DNA from: Candidatus Eiseniibacteriota bacterium | GTDB lineage: Bacteria > Eisenbacteria > RBG-16-71-46 > SZUA-252 | Assembly: GCA_005893265.1 (NCBI GenBank) | Contig: VBOX01000083.1 | Coordinates: forward strand, 1 to 59,098 | Direction of reading: 5' to 3' | DNA: 59,098 nt | Shown here: positions 1-9,966 of the stretch, piece by piece | How the letters are laid out: every line of letters begins with the position of its first letter | Numbering within the stretch: the stretch's first letter is position 1 | Notes under the pieces: model-generated | What the model was told of the DNA's origin: nothing | What the model saw: the letters and a program-made list of their open reading frames with translations, nothing else | Databases searched by the model: none | Made by a program: the position numbers and the translations under genes

Positions 1-844
1 ATGGAGGCAGGTACTGCCCCAGCGTCACCATCGAACACCCGTGCGCCTTGAGGTCGCGCAACAGCTCATCCACCTCCTCGACCGTCTCCCCCACGCCGAG
101 CATGATCCCGGACTTAGCCGGGATCTTGGGCGTCATCCGCGTGACCCGCTGCAGTAGCTCGAGCGAGCGGACGTAGCGTCCCGCGGGCCGGACGCGCGGA
201 TAGAGCCTTCGGACCGTCTCCATGTTGTGGTTCAGGACATCGGGACCCGCATCCAGCACGCTCCGCAGCGCGTCCCCGTTTCCCATGAAATCGGGAATGA
301 GCACTTCCACCCTCGCGGCCGGGATCTCGGCCCGAATCGCGCGGATCGTGGCGGCGAACTGGAACGCGCCGCCGTCGGGAAGCTCGTCCCGGTTCACGGA
401 GGTCACGACCACGTAGCGGAGCCCGAGCAGGCGCGCAGCCTGCGCCACGCGTGCAGGCTCCTCGGGGTCGACGGGAAGCGGTTTCCCGCTCCGGATGTCG
501 CAGAAGGGGCATGAGCGCGTGCACACGTTCCCCAGAATGAGGAAGGTGGCGGTATGGCGCGAGAAGCAATCACCGATGTTCGGGCAATTCGCGCTCTCGC
601 ACACCGTGTGGAGATCGAGCGTTCGTAGGATTGCTTTCGTCTCGAGGTAGGCCTTACCCGCTGGAATCCTCGCCTTGAGCCACTCCGGCCGCCGCAGAGG
701 CAGCAACTCGGCGCTCAGTCTGCCGTACGAACGGAGCGGCTTTCGCTTCTCCCCTGCCTCCCTTCGCCTATCGGACGCAAGCCCGAGCCGAATCGCCCCG
801 CCTGGCGCAGGCAAGGCGGTCGACGGGATCCCGGCCGGCGACAC
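1..844 (-). CDS. lipA: lipoyl synthase (3' end beyond window edge)
   Basis: Not in the ORF track because it is open at the window edge. My minus-strand translation reads ...RRPEWLKARIPAGKAYLETKAILRTLDLHTVCESANCPNIGDCFSRHTATFLILGNVCTRSCPFCDI...VVVTSVNRDELPDGGA...LNHNMETVRRLYPRVRP...GIMLGVGET...LGQYLPP. It has the LipA auxiliary Cys motif plus the radical-SAM CxxxCxxC. Start is uncertain: in-frame GTG at 844, or a TTG about 30 nt further in. Confidence 0.85.
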   Translation of the reverse strand, partial: MSPAGIPSTALPAPGGAIRLGLASDRRREAGEKRKPLRSYGRLSAELLPLRRPEWLKARIPAGKAYLETKAILRTLDLHTVCESANCPNIGDCFSRHTATFLILGNVCTRSCPFCDIRSGKPLPVDPEEPARVAQAARLLGLRYVVVTSVNRDELPDGGAFQFAATIRAIRAEIPAARVEVLIPDFMGNGDALRSVLDAGPDVLNHNMETVRRLYPRVRPAGRYVRSLELLQRVTRMTPKIPAKSGIMLGVGETVEEVDELLRDLKAHGCSMVTLGQYLPP

Positions 845-851
845 GCGCCGC

Positions 852-2252
852 TCAGAAGTGGATCGATCGTCCATCGGTCGCGAACATGGCCTCCATCGTC
901 GCTTCGGCCAGAGTCGGGTGCGCGTGAACGACGTCCGCCAGCTCGAGCGCGGTCGCCTCGAAGTGGCGCGCGACCACGGACTCCGCGATCTGCTCCGTCG
1001 CGAGCACGCCGATGATGTGGACGCCCAGAATCTCCCCGCTCGAGGCGTCCGCGACGGCCTTCACGAAGCCGTCGCCCTGCCCCAGGATTCCCGCTTTGGA
1101 ATTGGCGATGAACGGAAATTTCCCGATCTTGACCGCGCGCCCCGAAGCGCGTGCCTGGGCTTCGGTCATGCCGACGCTCGCGATCTGGGGGTGGCAATAC
1201 GTGCAGTTCGGGATCGCCTGATAGTTCACCAGGTGCGGGCGCCGTCCGGCGATTTTCTCGACCGCGACGATGCCTTCATGCGATGCGACATGCGCGAGCG
1301 CTGGGCCCGGAACAATGTCGCCGATCGCGTAGATTCCGGGAACGCTTGTCTCCATGTACTCGCTCACGCGAACCAGTCCGCGTTCCACCGCGACGCCCAG
1401 CGCCTCGAGCCCGATGCCTTCCGTGCGGGGCTTCCGACCGGCCGCCATGAGGACGCGTTCGGTGTGATAGCGCTCGAGCTTGCCCTGGACCTCGACCTCG
1501 CTCCACGCTTGGTCCCCCTCCACCCGCACGCTCTTGATCGAAGCGTTCACCAAGATCTCCATGCCCTGCCGGGTGAACGAGCGGTGGAGCGCCTCCGAAA
1601 TCTCGGCGTCCTCGAGCGGCATGAGCCGGGGCTCCCTCTCGATCAGGATGATTTTGGAGCCGAACGAGTGATAGATCGATGCGAACTCGACGCCCACCGC
1701 CCCCGCGCCGATCACGAGCAGCGACTCCGGAACGCGATCCAAGCTCAAGATGTCGTCGCTGGAAAGCACGACGCGGCCGTCCACCGGCGCCACGGGAAGC
1801 GATCCCACGCTCGATCCGGTGGCGAGCACGATCGCCCCCGCCTGGACCTCGCTCGTCCCCCCGACGGCGTCCGTCACCGCGATCCGGTCCTTGGCCTTGA
1901 CCCGGCCGGTGCCTTTGATCGTGACGACCTTGTTCTTCTTGAGCAGGGACTCGGTACCCATCAGGTTCTTCTTCACCACCCGGTCCTTCCGCTCCATCGC
2001 GGCTTTCAAATCCAGGGAGACTTCCGAGACGCGGACCCCAAGCTCTCCCGCGCGGCGCGCGAGCAGGAGGACTTCCGCGGTCTCGAGCAGTGCCTTCGTG
2101 GGAATGCAGCCCACGTGAAGGCACGTGCCGCCTACCTTCTCCTTCTCGATGAGCGCCGTTTTTAGCCCCAGCTGTCCGGCGCGGATCGCGGCGACGTACC
2201 CGCCTGGCCCGCCGCCCAAAATGGCGACGTCGTAGCGTTCGCCGTTCATCAA
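852..2252 (-). CDS. lpdA: dihydrolipoyl dehydrogenase (E3)
   Basis: 466 aa ORF. FAD fold YDVAILGGGPGGYVAAIRAGQLG, redox disulfide GGTCLHVGCIPTKALL, C-terminal HAHPTLAE motif. Confidence 0.95.
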   Translation of the reverse strand: MMNGERYDVAILGGGPGGYVAAIRAGQLGLKTALIEKEKVGGTCLHVGCIPTKALLETAEVLLLARRAGELGVRVSEVSLDLKAAMERKDRVVKKNLMGTESLLKKNKVVTIKGTGRVKAKDRIAVTDAVGGTSEVQAGAIVLATGSSVGSLPVAPVDGRVVLSSDDILSLDRVPESLLVIGAGAVGVEFASIYHSFGSKIILIEREPRLMPLEDAEISEALHRSFTRQGMEILVNASIKSVRVEGDQAWSEVEVQGKLERYHTERVLMAAGRKPRTEGIGLEALGVAVERGLVRVSEYMETSVPGIYAIGDIVPGPALAHVASHEGIVAVEKIAGRRPHLVNYQAIPNCTYCHPQIASVGMTEAQARASGRAVKIGKFPFIANSKAGILGQGDGFVKAVADASSGEILGVHIIGVLATEQIAESVVARHFEATALELADVVHAHPTLAEATMEAMFATDGRSIHF

Positions 2253-2261
2253 ACCTCCTGG

Positions 2262-3029
2262 TTACGTTCTAGGCTGCTGCGCGAGCCTCGCCCGAATGAT
2301 GGGCTCGAACAGATCGATGGGAATCGGGAAAATCGTCGTCGAGTTATTCTCGGTCGCGATCTCGGAGAGCGTTTGAAGGTATCGGAGCTGCATGGCGAGG
2401 GGCTGCGTCGCGATGACCGCGGCCGCCTCGGAGAGCTTCTGCGACGCCTGAAGCTCGCCCTCGGCATTGATCACCTTGGCGCGGCGCTCGCGCTCCGCCT
2501 CCGCTTGCCGTGCGATGGCGCGCTGCATCTCCTGAGGCAGGTCGACGTTCTTCACCTCGACGGTGCTCACCTTGATGCCCCAGGGCTCGGTATGGCGGTC
2601 GATCACGAGCTGAAGCTCCTGGTTGATCTTTTCGCGTTTGGAGAGAAGCTCGTCCAAATCGGACTCGCCCAGAGTGCTGCGCAACGTCGTCTGGGCAATC
2701 TGGGACGTGGCGTAGAGGTAATTCTCCACCTCGAGCACGGCCCGGTTCGCGTCGAGGACGCGGAAATAGATCACCGCGTTCACCTTGACCGTTACGTTGT
2801 CCTTCGTGATCACGTCTTGCGGCGGCACGTCCATCGCGACGGTTCGGAGCTGCACGCGCACCATCTTGTCGACGATTGGGATGAGCAGGATGAGACCCGG
2901 GCCCTTGGCCCCGATCGCACGCCCCAGGCGGAATATCACGCCCCGCTCGTATTCGCGAAGGACCTTGATGGCGCTCGACAACACCAGGATCGCCAGAAAG
3001 ATCAGCACCGCCGCGGAAACAGAAACCAT
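2262..3029 (-). CDS. SPFH/band-7 (stomatin-like) membrane protein
   Basis: 255 aa. N-terminal TM helix, then stomatin core ([47 protein letters not shown]). Sits directly downstream of an NfeD gene, as in known NfeD-SPFH operons. Confidence 0.9.
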   Translation of the reverse strand: MVSVSAAVLIFLAILVLSSAIKVLREYERGVIFRLGRAIGAKGPGLILLIPIVDKMVRVQLRTVAMDVPPQDVITKDNVTVKVNAVIYFRVLDANRAVLEVENYLYATSQIAQTTLRSTLGESDLDELLSKREKINQELQLVIDRHTEPWGIKVSTVEVKNVDLPQEMQRAIARQAEAERERRAKVINAEGELQASQKLSEAAAVIATQPLAMQLRYLQTLSEIATENNSTTIFPIPIDLFEPIIRARLAQQPRT

Positions 3030-3044
3030 CGCCTTTCCCCCTCC

Positions 3045-4343
3045 CTAAGCTTTCCGGACGCGTAACCGCATGCCGTCGACGCGATCGACGACCACGGGCG
3101 CTCCCTTCTCGATTCGCTCGTCCGCTTCCGCCACCCAGTATTCCCCGTGCACGAAAATCCGCCCCTCGCGGGGACCGAGCTCCGTCAACGCGACCCCGCG
3201 CTCTCCCACGAGCCCCTCCCGACCGGTTACGGGTTTCCGCCGCAGTGCGCGGAACCCGGCGCCGACCACGAAGCCGAAGAATAGCACCGTCGCGATTACG
3301 ACCGTAACGATCACCGAGAGCGAGACACGCATGGCGCCTCCATCCCCACTCAGCAAGACCAGAGAACCAAGCACCAGCGACACGATTCCTCCGACCGCGA
3401 GCAGACCGTGGCTCTGCACCTTGATGTCCACGACGAAGAGCAGCATCGCGAAGAGGATCAGGAACAGCCCGGTCAGGTTTACCGGCAGAGCCTGGAACGC
3501 AAGGAAGGCGAGGAGGAGACAAATCCCGCCCACAATACCGGGCAGGATCGCGCCGGGGTTCGAAAGCTCGAAGAGGATCCCGTAGAACCCAAGAATGAAG
3601 AGGATGTACGCGATGTTGGGATCGAGAATCCGACCCAGGATCTTCTGCCGCCAGGTCGCCGAGACCTCGTGGACCACGGCGTCCTTCGTGTGCAGGGTCC
3701 GCGTGAGACCCGCGATCGTGACCTTCTTCCCGTCGATCCGGCGCAAGAGCTCGTCCAGGTCGCGGGCGACGTAATCCACGACGTGGAGCTTCAACGCCTC
3801 GTCTTCGGGCAGCGAGCCCCCTTCGCGCACCGCCTTCTCCGCCCAGTCGGCGTTGCGCCCTCGCTGAGCGGCGAGCGACCGGATATAGCTCACGGCGTCG
3901 TTTCTCACCTTTCGGGCGAGATCCTTGCCCGTGTCCCCTCCCCCAACGTTGACCGGGGTTGCCGCGCCGATCGAGGTGCCCGGTGACATCGCCGAGACGT
4001 GGGCGGCGTATGCGATGAACGTCCCCGCAGAGGCCGCGCGGCCCCCGGCGGGGGAGACGTAGACGACGACCGGAACCTCGGAGACGAGGATGCGCTTGAT
4101 GATGTCGCGCATGGCGGTGTCGAGTCCGCCCGGCGTGTCGAGGCGGATCACGAGCGCCTCGCGCTTGTCACGCTCGGACCGACCGATCGCCTGGACAATA
4201 ATCTGAGCCGAGATCGGCTGAATCGCTCCGTCCATGGTGAGGACGTCGACCACGGGCTTGTCGGTGGTGGGTGGTGCCTTGGCCGCGGGCGGGGCGGTCC
4301 CGACCAATAGGACGGCGGCGCACGCCGAGAGGGCGAGGCGCAT
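3045..4343 (-). CDS. NfeD-family membrane-bound ClpP-class serine protease
   Basis: ORF 3045..4562 trimmed to the internal Met (MRLALSACAAVLLVG, signal-like). ClpP-like region (DTPGGL, SAGTFI), several TM helices, and a C-terminal NfeD OB-fold (GRIFVHGEYWVAEADERIEKGAPVVV). Confidence 0.85.
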   Translation of the reverse strand: MRLALSACAAVLLVGTAPPAAKAPPTTDKPVVDVLTMDGAIQPISAQIIVQAIGRSERDKREALVIRLDTPGGLDTAMRDIIKRILVSEVPVVVYVSPAGGRAASAGTFIAYAAHVSAMSPGTSIGAATPVNVGGGDTGKDLARKVRNDAVSYIRSLAAQRGRNADWAEKAVREGGSLPEDEALKLHVVDYVARDLDELLRRIDGKKVTIAGLTRTLHTKDAVVHEVSATWRQKILGRILDPNIAYILFILGFYGILFELSNPGAILPGIVGGICLLLAFLAFQALPVNLTGLFLILFAMLLFVVDIKVQSHGLLAVGGIVSLVLGSLVLLSGDGGAMRVSLSVIVTVVIATVLFFGFVVGAGFRALRRKPVTGREGLVGERGVALTELGPREGRIFVHGEYWVAEADERIEKGAPVVVDRVDGMRLRVRKA

Positions 4344-4384
4344 GCATCGCCCCCGATGTGCCGGTTCGCGCAGGACCACGGCGG

Positions 4385-4768
4385 TCAGCTCCGTTCCTTG
4401 GAGGCCTGAATCGTCTCGGGGCGGCGGATCCGGTTCCGCTCGTCGACCGCGACGATGGTCGGGACGTGCCGTAGGATCTCCTCGCGCTCCATGAGCGCGT
4501 ACGTGAGGATGATCACGGTGTCCCCCACGTGAGCGAGACGCGCCGCGGGCCCGTTCAGGCAAATGACCCCCGATCCTCTTTGACCGCGGATGGCATAGGT
4601 ATCAAAACGCTCGCCGTTGTTGACGTTCAGGATCTGGACCTGCTCGTTCGACAGGATATCGGCGGCGTCCATCAGGTCCGCGTCGATCGTCACCGAGCCT
4701 TCGTAGTTCAGGTCGGCTTCGGTGACCGTCGCGCGATGGATCTTCGACTTGAACACGGCTAGGCGCAC
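4385..4768 (-). CDS. panD: aspartate 1-decarboxylase
   Basis: 127 aa. [24 protein letters not shown] includes the Gly-Ser self-processing site. The GTG start overlaps the upstream stop by 10 nt; an alternative GTG lies at 4756. Confidence 0.95.
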   Translation of the reverse strand: MRLAVFKSKIHRATVTEADLNYEGSVTIDADLMDAADILSNEQVQILNVNNGERFDTYAIRGQRGSGVICLNGPAARLAHVGDTVIILTYALMEREEILRHVPTIVAVDERNRIRRPETIQASKERS

Positions 4769-5772
4769 GCGAGGACGGCCTCCCTGGCGGCGGCGAAGTG
4801 TCGCTCCGGCGCGGTGGATGGGACGGCACAGCCCGGTCCCAGGATGAAGCGGGTCCCCCCGGAGGCTTCGATCGACGCGCGGGCCTGCGCCTGCACGGCA
4901 TCGGGCGGTCCTTCGACCATCACGCCCTCGTGGTCGATTCCCGTGAGAAGCGTCTTATCGGTGAGTGGCTTGATGTCGGCGATCGACGGATTGGTGGGCT
5001 CGTGCGCCGCCCACGAGAGGATCGATACCGGATAATCCAGGTGCTCCCGCAGAAAGGCGCGCGGGCCGCACACGTGGACTGTGTTGAGCGGGCCGCGCCG
5101 CGCCTCCTCGAGCACGCGGAGGTCGTAGGGGCGGCCGAACTCCGCGAGCAGCGCCTTGTCGATCACCGTCGCGTTTCCGTAGTCGGTCGTCGCGAAGAAA
5201 ATCCCGGAGCACCCCCGCTGCATCGTCTCGCGAACGAACGCGGCATAGGTCTGGGTGATCGCGCGGAGCGCGCCGTGGACGCGCTCGCCGTGGCGCCGAA
5301 GGTGATCCACGAAGACGGCGTCGTCGTTCACGAGGTCCGCGGCGATCGAGATCGGGTTGAACACGGTCATGAGCCAGTCGGTGTCCCCCTGCACCTGCGC
5401 CGCGATCCGCTCTTCCGCATCGAGCATCTCTCCCAGGGTTCCTTTCGTGGGATCGAGGGGACGGATCCGGTCCCAATCGCCGGGCTCCCGTACGGGCGAC
5501 TGGACGACCTTGGGTTTGTCGAGCGGGTCCAAACCCGGCCGCTCGGTTCGCACTCCCCAATCCTCCACGTGGTAGGAGGCACGCGGGTTGACCTTCATGA
5601 GGTCCCAATCGTACGTCTTCTGGAAGGAAAGCATGGCTAGGGCCAGCGCCTCCGCCGATCCTTCCCGGTCGTAGAAATGCCGCCAAAAGGACATCGGGGG
5701 GCGGTCGGTGCGCTCGCCCTGAAGCGTCTTCCGGATTCTTTCGCGGCGCGTCATGCTATTCGGGCCTTCCAC
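4759..5772 (-). CDS. uroporphyrinogen decarboxylase (URO-D)/MtaA-CmuA family protein, substrate unknown
   Basis: 337 aa ORF with high-GC3 codon usage. The N-terminus ([17 protein letters not shown]) and overall length resemble URO-D-fold methyltransferase/decarboxylase proteins. The family call is by eye only. ATG at 5754 is an alternative start. Confidence 0.7.
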   Translation of the reverse strand: MEGPNSMTRRERIRKTLQGERTDRPPMSFWRHFYDREGSAEALALAMLSFQKTYDWDLMKVNPRASYHVEDWGVRTERPGLDPLDKPKVVQSPVREPGDWDRIRPLDPTKGTLGEMLDAEERIAAQVQGDTDWLMTVFNPISIAADLVNDDAVFVDHLRRHGERVHGALRAITQTYAAFVRETMQRGCSGIFFATTDYGNATVIDKALLAEFGRPYDLRVLEEARRGPLNTVHVCGPRAFLREHLDYPVSILSWAAHEPTNPSIADIKPLTDKTLLTGIDHEGVMVEGPPDAVQAQARASIEASGGTRFILGPGCAVPSTAPERHFAAAREAVLACA

Positions 5773-6025
5773 GGGCCGAGGTTAAATCCTTGCAAGTCCT
5801 TGCAGCGTGGGCGCAAGATGCCGATGGTACACGGAACCCAACCCCCTCACAAGCCTGCTCGGATCCCCGCAAGTCGCCGGAAGAACTTGGGATAGGCGCC
5901 ATGCAAGTCTTTCGACATCTCCCATTTACGCTTGTCGGTTCCCCAGCGCTTTGGATGCCGATGGTGGCCTTTGCGCTTCTCGCGGATGATCGAAGCTGGG
6001 GGCGTTCCGTTACAGGACGGTAGCC

Positions 6026-7195
6026 CTACGCCAAAGCGTCCGGCGGCGTGAACGGCTCGGGGACCCGCACCGGCTGACCCAACACCCGCCCGTAGAAATC
6101 CTCGTACATCGGGATGATCTTCTCGACGTTGTAGTGCTCGATCGCCACGCGGCGCGCGGCCTCGGACATCGCCGCGTGGCGCTTGTCGTCGGAGAGGATC
6201 TCGATCGAGCGGCGGGCCATGCCCTCCACGTCGCCGACCGGCAGGAGATACCCGGTCTCGCCGTTCCGGACCAGCTCGGGCAGCCCCTCCGCGTTCGACG
6301 CGATGACGGGAACGCCGGCGGACATCGCCTCCAGAGCGGCCAAACCGAAGCTCTCGTGCCTGCTCGGCAGAACAAAGAGGTCGGCGCAGCCGATGACCTC
6401 CTCCACGGCGTCCAGCTGTCCGAGCCAGCGGATCCACTTCGTCACGCCCAGCTCGTCCGCCACCTCGCGCGACGGCACGCGCTCCGGTCCGTCCCCCACC
6501 AGGAGGAGCCGGCTCGGAACCTCGCGCCGAACCGCGGCGAAGACGCGCACGACATCCGGCACGCCCTTGCTCGCTCGGAAGTTCGAGATGTGGAGGAGCA
6601 AACGCTCCCCCTTCTTCACGAACTGCTCCTTGCGGCAGGAGCTTTCGAGCCGCGGGGCGAACCGGGTCGGGTCCACGAAGTTCGGGATGACCTCGATGCT
6701 ATTCTTCAGCCCGAAGACCTCGAGGGTCTTCTCCTTCAGATATCGGGAGACCGCGGTCACCCCGTCGCTCTGCTCGATGCCGAATCGCGTCAGCGGCCGG
6801 AACGAGGGATCCGCCCCAACGAGAGTGATGTCCGTGCCGTGGAGTGTGGTGACGATCTTGAGCTTGGTCGACCGCGCCACTTGCCGCGCGAGGTAGGCGC
6901 AGACCGCGTGCGGCACGGCGTAGTGCGCGTGCAGCACGTCGAGCTGGATCTCGTCCGCGACCTCGGCGAGCTTCGCCGCGAGCGCGAGCGTGTAGGGCGG
7001 GTATTGGAAGAGCGGATAGGCCAGCATCTGCACTTCGTGGAACACCACGTTTTCCTGAAACTGCTTGAGCCGGAACGGAAGCGCGTAGGAGATGAAGTGC
7101 ACCTCATGGCCGCGCTTCGCCAGCTCCATTCCCAGCTCGGTCGCGACAACGCCCGAGCCGCCGTGTGTGGGATAGCAAGTGATGCCGATTTTCAC
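6026..7195 (-). CDS. bshA: N-acetyl-alpha-D-glucosaminyl L-malate synthase (bacillithiol biosynthesis GT4 glycosyltransferase)
   Basis: 389 aa. The N-terminus MKIGITCYPTHGGSGVVATELGMELAKRGHEVHFISY is the typical BshA signature. GT4 C-terminal ESFGLAALEAMSAGVPVIAS. Adjacent to bshC. Confidence 0.85.
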   Translation of the reverse strand: MKIGITCYPTHGGSGVVATELGMELAKRGHEVHFISYALPFRLKQFQENVVFHEVQMLAYPLFQYPPYTLALAAKLAEVADEIQLDVLHAHYAVPHAVCAYLARQVARSTKLKIVTTLHGTDITLVGADPSFRPLTRFGIEQSDGVTAVSRYLKEKTLEVFGLKNSIEVIPNFVDPTRFAPRLESSCRKEQFVKKGERLLLHISNFRASKGVPDVVRVFAAVRREVPSRLLLVGDGPERVPSREVADELGVTKWIRWLGQLDAVEEVIGCADLFVLPSRHESFGLAALEAMSAGVPVIASNAEGLPELVRNGETGYLLPVGDVEGMARRSIEILSDDKRHAAMSEAARRVAIEHYNVEKIIPMYEDFYGRVLGQPVRVPEPFTPPDALA

Positions 7196-7199
7196 GTGG

Positions 7200-8753
7200 T
7201 CAGTCCCCCGCCGGAACGAGCAGGTGCGTGCCCGGCTTCGTTACCTTCTCCCGGAGCGTTTCCACGAGCCCCGCCCCGTGATGCGCCTCGTATCCCAGAA
7301 TGGACATGCTGCGCTCCTGAAGGCCCCCCTTCGGAAAGAGGCTTCCCCTCGCGCGGCGGATCTTCTGCACGGATTCTTCCTGGCGCCGTTTCCAGACCTG
7401 CATGAGCTTCTTTTCCAGGACCTGCCCTTCGTGGATCACCTTGCCGGTCGCCGTTTCGACCGCGGCCTTGAGCGAGGGGTCGAACGCGGTCACCGCCGTC
7501 TCGAGCCTCCTCATGCTCTCGATCCACCCCGATCGCTCCTTCTCGAAGAGCGCGGGGAATTCGACCGGGAGAAGCCGCGAGAGCACCTCCCGGATCACGA
7601 CCTCGACGTCACCCGCCAGCGCGCTCCATTCGATGCCGAAGCGATCGAGCGTCTTCGAGATCTTCCGTTCGAGGATCGTGGCGCCCGCGCGCGGCACGAC
7701 CGCCGGCGGCTTCATTTCGAATAAAGGATACAACGCGTTCACCTGGGCCCAATACGCGACCTCGGCAGGGCCGCCGACGTAAGCGGCCGTCGGAAAAAGA
7801 TAGTCCTGCATCAGGGGCCGTAAGAGAACTCCCGGGCTCACGTTCTCCGGCTCCCCGCGCGCCTTCGCGAGAAGCTCCCGGGCGGCAATCGTGCGGCCCG
7901 TTTCCGCGAGGCGCAAGGTGCCGTCTCCCGAAAGCCTGAGCGCCTCCCGGGTCTCGCCGTGCCAGAAGAGGTTCAGCTCCTGGCCGGTGCGCGCGATCTG
8001 GGCGTGGTAGCCGGCGGCCGAAAGCTCCGCCCCGGTTCGGCGTGCAGCCTCGGCCGACCGACCGCCCAGCTCGATTTCCCGCTCGAAGACCGGCAGGGCG
8101 AGACGTTTCGCCTCACGGTCTCCGGGATCGAAGACGAGCGCGCCCCAGGGCACGACCCACCCGGCCGCGAGCCGGGCAAATGCATCGATCCAGCTACATC
8201 CGGGCGAGTAGGATCCGCGAAGCCGATCGACAACTTCCTCACGGAATCCCGCGGAGCCGAGCGCCTCCCCCACCTCGCCCACGAGATCCGCAACGGGATC
8301 CCCCAGCGTCACGCGAGAAAGCGACACGCCCCGCGGAGCGGCCTCGAGCGGATACTCGAATTCCCGCGGCTCCACCGCGCCGTCTCCCACGATGATCCGG
8401 CGAACTTCCTCGAAATCATGGTCGTCGGACGCGATCCAGAAGATTGGCACGACCGGGCGGCCGGAGGCTGCCTCCAGATCCCTCGCGAACGCGATCGCGG
8501 TGATGGCCTTGTACAGGGTATAGAGCGGTCCGCCGAAGAGCCCGGGTTGTTGCCCCGCCACGACCACCAGCGCATCCGGACGCGCGAATCGATCCAGGCT
8601 CCCACGCGAAGCTTCGAGAAATCCCCACCGCTCGGCCTGACGTTTCAGAATCGACGCCATCTCCGCCCGTCGCGAAGCGGGGTAATCGCGCGTGGCCCCC
8701 GCCTGGACGCACGATGCAGGATCCCGGTAGTCGACGGGGTAAAAGCGACGCAC
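7200..8753 (-). CDS. bshC: bacillithiol biosynthesis cysteine-adding enzyme
   Basis: 517 aa. Conserved BshC core VVVAGQQPGLFGGPLYTLYKAITAI. Lies 4 nt upstream of bshA. Confidence 0.8.
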   Translation of the reverse strand: MRRFYPVDYRDPASCVQAGATRDYPASRRAEMASILKRQAERWGFLEASRGSLDRFARPDALVVVAGQQPGLFGGPLYTLYKAITAIAFARDLEAASGRPVVPIFWIASDDHDFEEVRRIIVGDGAVEPREFEYPLEAAPRGVSLSRVTLGDPVADLVGEVGEALGSAGFREEVVDRLRGSYSPGCSWIDAFARLAAGWVVPWGALVFDPGDREAKRLALPVFEREIELGGRSAEAARRTGAELSAAGYHAQIARTGQELNLFWHGETREALRLSGDGTLRLAETGRTIAARELLAKARGEPENVSPGVLLRPLMQDYLFPTAAYVGGPAEVAYWAQVNALYPLFEMKPPAVVPRAGATILERKISKTLDRFGIEWSALAGDVEVVIREVLSRLLPVEFPALFEKERSGWIESMRRLETAVTAFDPSLKAAVETATGKVIHEGQVLEKKLMQVWKRRQEESVQKIRRARGSLFPKGGLQERSMSILGYEAHHGAGLVETLREKVTKPGTHLLVPAGD

Positions 8754-8814
8754 CCGCTCGGGTGCGTTCGAGAAATCCCGGTAGATCGCGGAGGGGTAGA
8801 GCAGTTTTTCAAGC

Positions 8815-9960
8815 TCAGATGACGTTGGTCTCCTCCACTACGGCTCCCGCCGCGAAGCGGTTCAAGCTCAGGGGGTCGATGTTCACGCACTTCGCCGCTC
8901 CATCCACGATCAGCTCGGAGAGGGCCGCGCCGATCGCGGGACTGTGCATGAACCCGTGGCCGCTGAAGCCGACCGCGAGATAGAGCCCCTTCACCTCGTC
9001 TACCGAGCCCACGATGGCGTGATGGTCGGGCGTCGTGTCGTAGAGTCCGGCCCAGCCGTTCAGAATGTTGGCCTTCTCGAGAATCGGCGCGCGCATCAGG
9101 GCGGCCTCCACGAGCTTTTCCAGGTAGGCGTCATCCACGTTCATGCTGAACGTGGGAGGGTCGGATTTGTCGACCATGCCGAGCATGATGCCGCCGGTCT
9201 CCTTACGGAAATACAGCCCGGTCCCTGAGTCGATGATGAACGGGATTGGGTCGGGAATCTCCGGGAAGGTCTCGGTCATGAAGAGATGCCTCCGGTACGG
9301 CACGACCGGCACCTCGATTCCGAGCGGTTTCACCAGCGCCGGGATCGCGGGGCCCGCCGCGGCCACGACCACACTCGAGGAAAACTCGCCGATCGAGGTT
9401 TGGAGACCCCGTGCTACTCCGTGCTCGGCCACGATCTGCTGCACCTCCGCCTGCTCGTGGAACACGGCTCCACGCTGCTTGGCCGCGTTCGCGAACGCGA
9501 TCGTCACCTCGTAGGGCCCGGCGAAGCCATCCTTGGCGGAGTGGGTCGCTCCGTACACATCGTCCGTACGGAGGAAGGGCCATTGGGCGGCCACCTCGTC
9601 AGGCGTGAGGAGAGAAACTTGAACCCCGAAACGCCGCTGGAACGCGACACGAGCCTTGAACTGCTCGAGCTGCTCGGGCGAGACGGCCAGAAAGAGATAG
9701 CCGACCTGGTGAAACTCGGCGTCGGCGCCAAGGATCTCCTTGAAACGCTCGTAAAACGCGATGGAGTAGAGCGAGAGCTTGATATTGGTCTCGGTCGTGA
9801 ACTGCGCGCGGATGCCTCCCGCGGAACGCCCGGTGTTGCCGCTTCCGAGAAGGTCGCGCTCGAAGACGTGGGGCTTGAGGCCGCGAAGCGTGAGATGGTA
9901 GGCGATGCTCGCGCCGATCACGCCCCCGCCGATGATGAGCGCGTCGGCGCGCTCCGCCAC
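8815..9960 (-). CDS. FAD-dependent oxidoreductase (DAO/sarcosine oxidase beta-like)
   Basis: 381 aa. Dinucleotide fold ALIIGGGVIGASIAYHL and C-terminal GFSGHGFMHSPAIG, typical of the DAO family. Confidence 0.85.
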   Translation of the reverse strand: MAERADALIIGGGVIGASIAYHLTLRGLKPHVFERDLLGSGNTGRSAGGIRAQFTTETNIKLSLYSIAFYERFKEILGADAEFHQVGYLFLAVSPEQLEQFKARVAFQRRFGVQVSLLTPDEVAAQWPFLRTDDVYGATHSAKDGFAGPYEVTIAFANAAKQRGAVFHEQAEVQQIVAEHGVARGLQTSIGEFSSSVVVAAAGPAIPALVKPLGIEVPVVPYRRHLFMTETFPEIPDPIPFIIDSGTGLYFRKETGGIMLGMVDKSDPPTFSMNVDDAYLEKLVEAALMRAPILEKANILNGWAGLYDTTPDHHAIVGSVDEVKGLYLAVGFSGHGFMHSPAIGAALSELIVDGAAKCVNIDPLSLNRFAAGAVVEETNVI

Positions 9961-9966
9961 GAGGCC

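Noticed and set aside
675-2165. Long plus-strand ORFs antisense to recognised genes. Examples: 675..2165, 14451..15842, 15676..16983, 19226..20947, 25692..27836, 28782..29984, 34634..35728, 38451..39659, 43012..44139, 49411..50916, 52267..53469, 54259..55269.
   Set aside because: Each one fully overlaps a gene with clear family motifs on the other strand. Their translations are Arg/Pro/Gly/Asp-rich and low-complexity, with no motifs. These are the classic shadow ORFs of high-GC DNA.
5773-6025. Cobalamin riboswitch upstream of the URO-D/MtaA-family gene, and a small basic ORF (...IIREKRKGHHRHPKRWGTDKRKWEMSKDLHGAYPKFFRRLAGIRAGL) on the minus strand.
   Set aside because: No B12-box-like element or GGGAA/GGTG core was seen. 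The basic ORF has no ATG/GTG/TTG after the bshA stop except an ATG that would give only 23 aa with no properly spaced SD. It is more likely the tail of a shadow frame.
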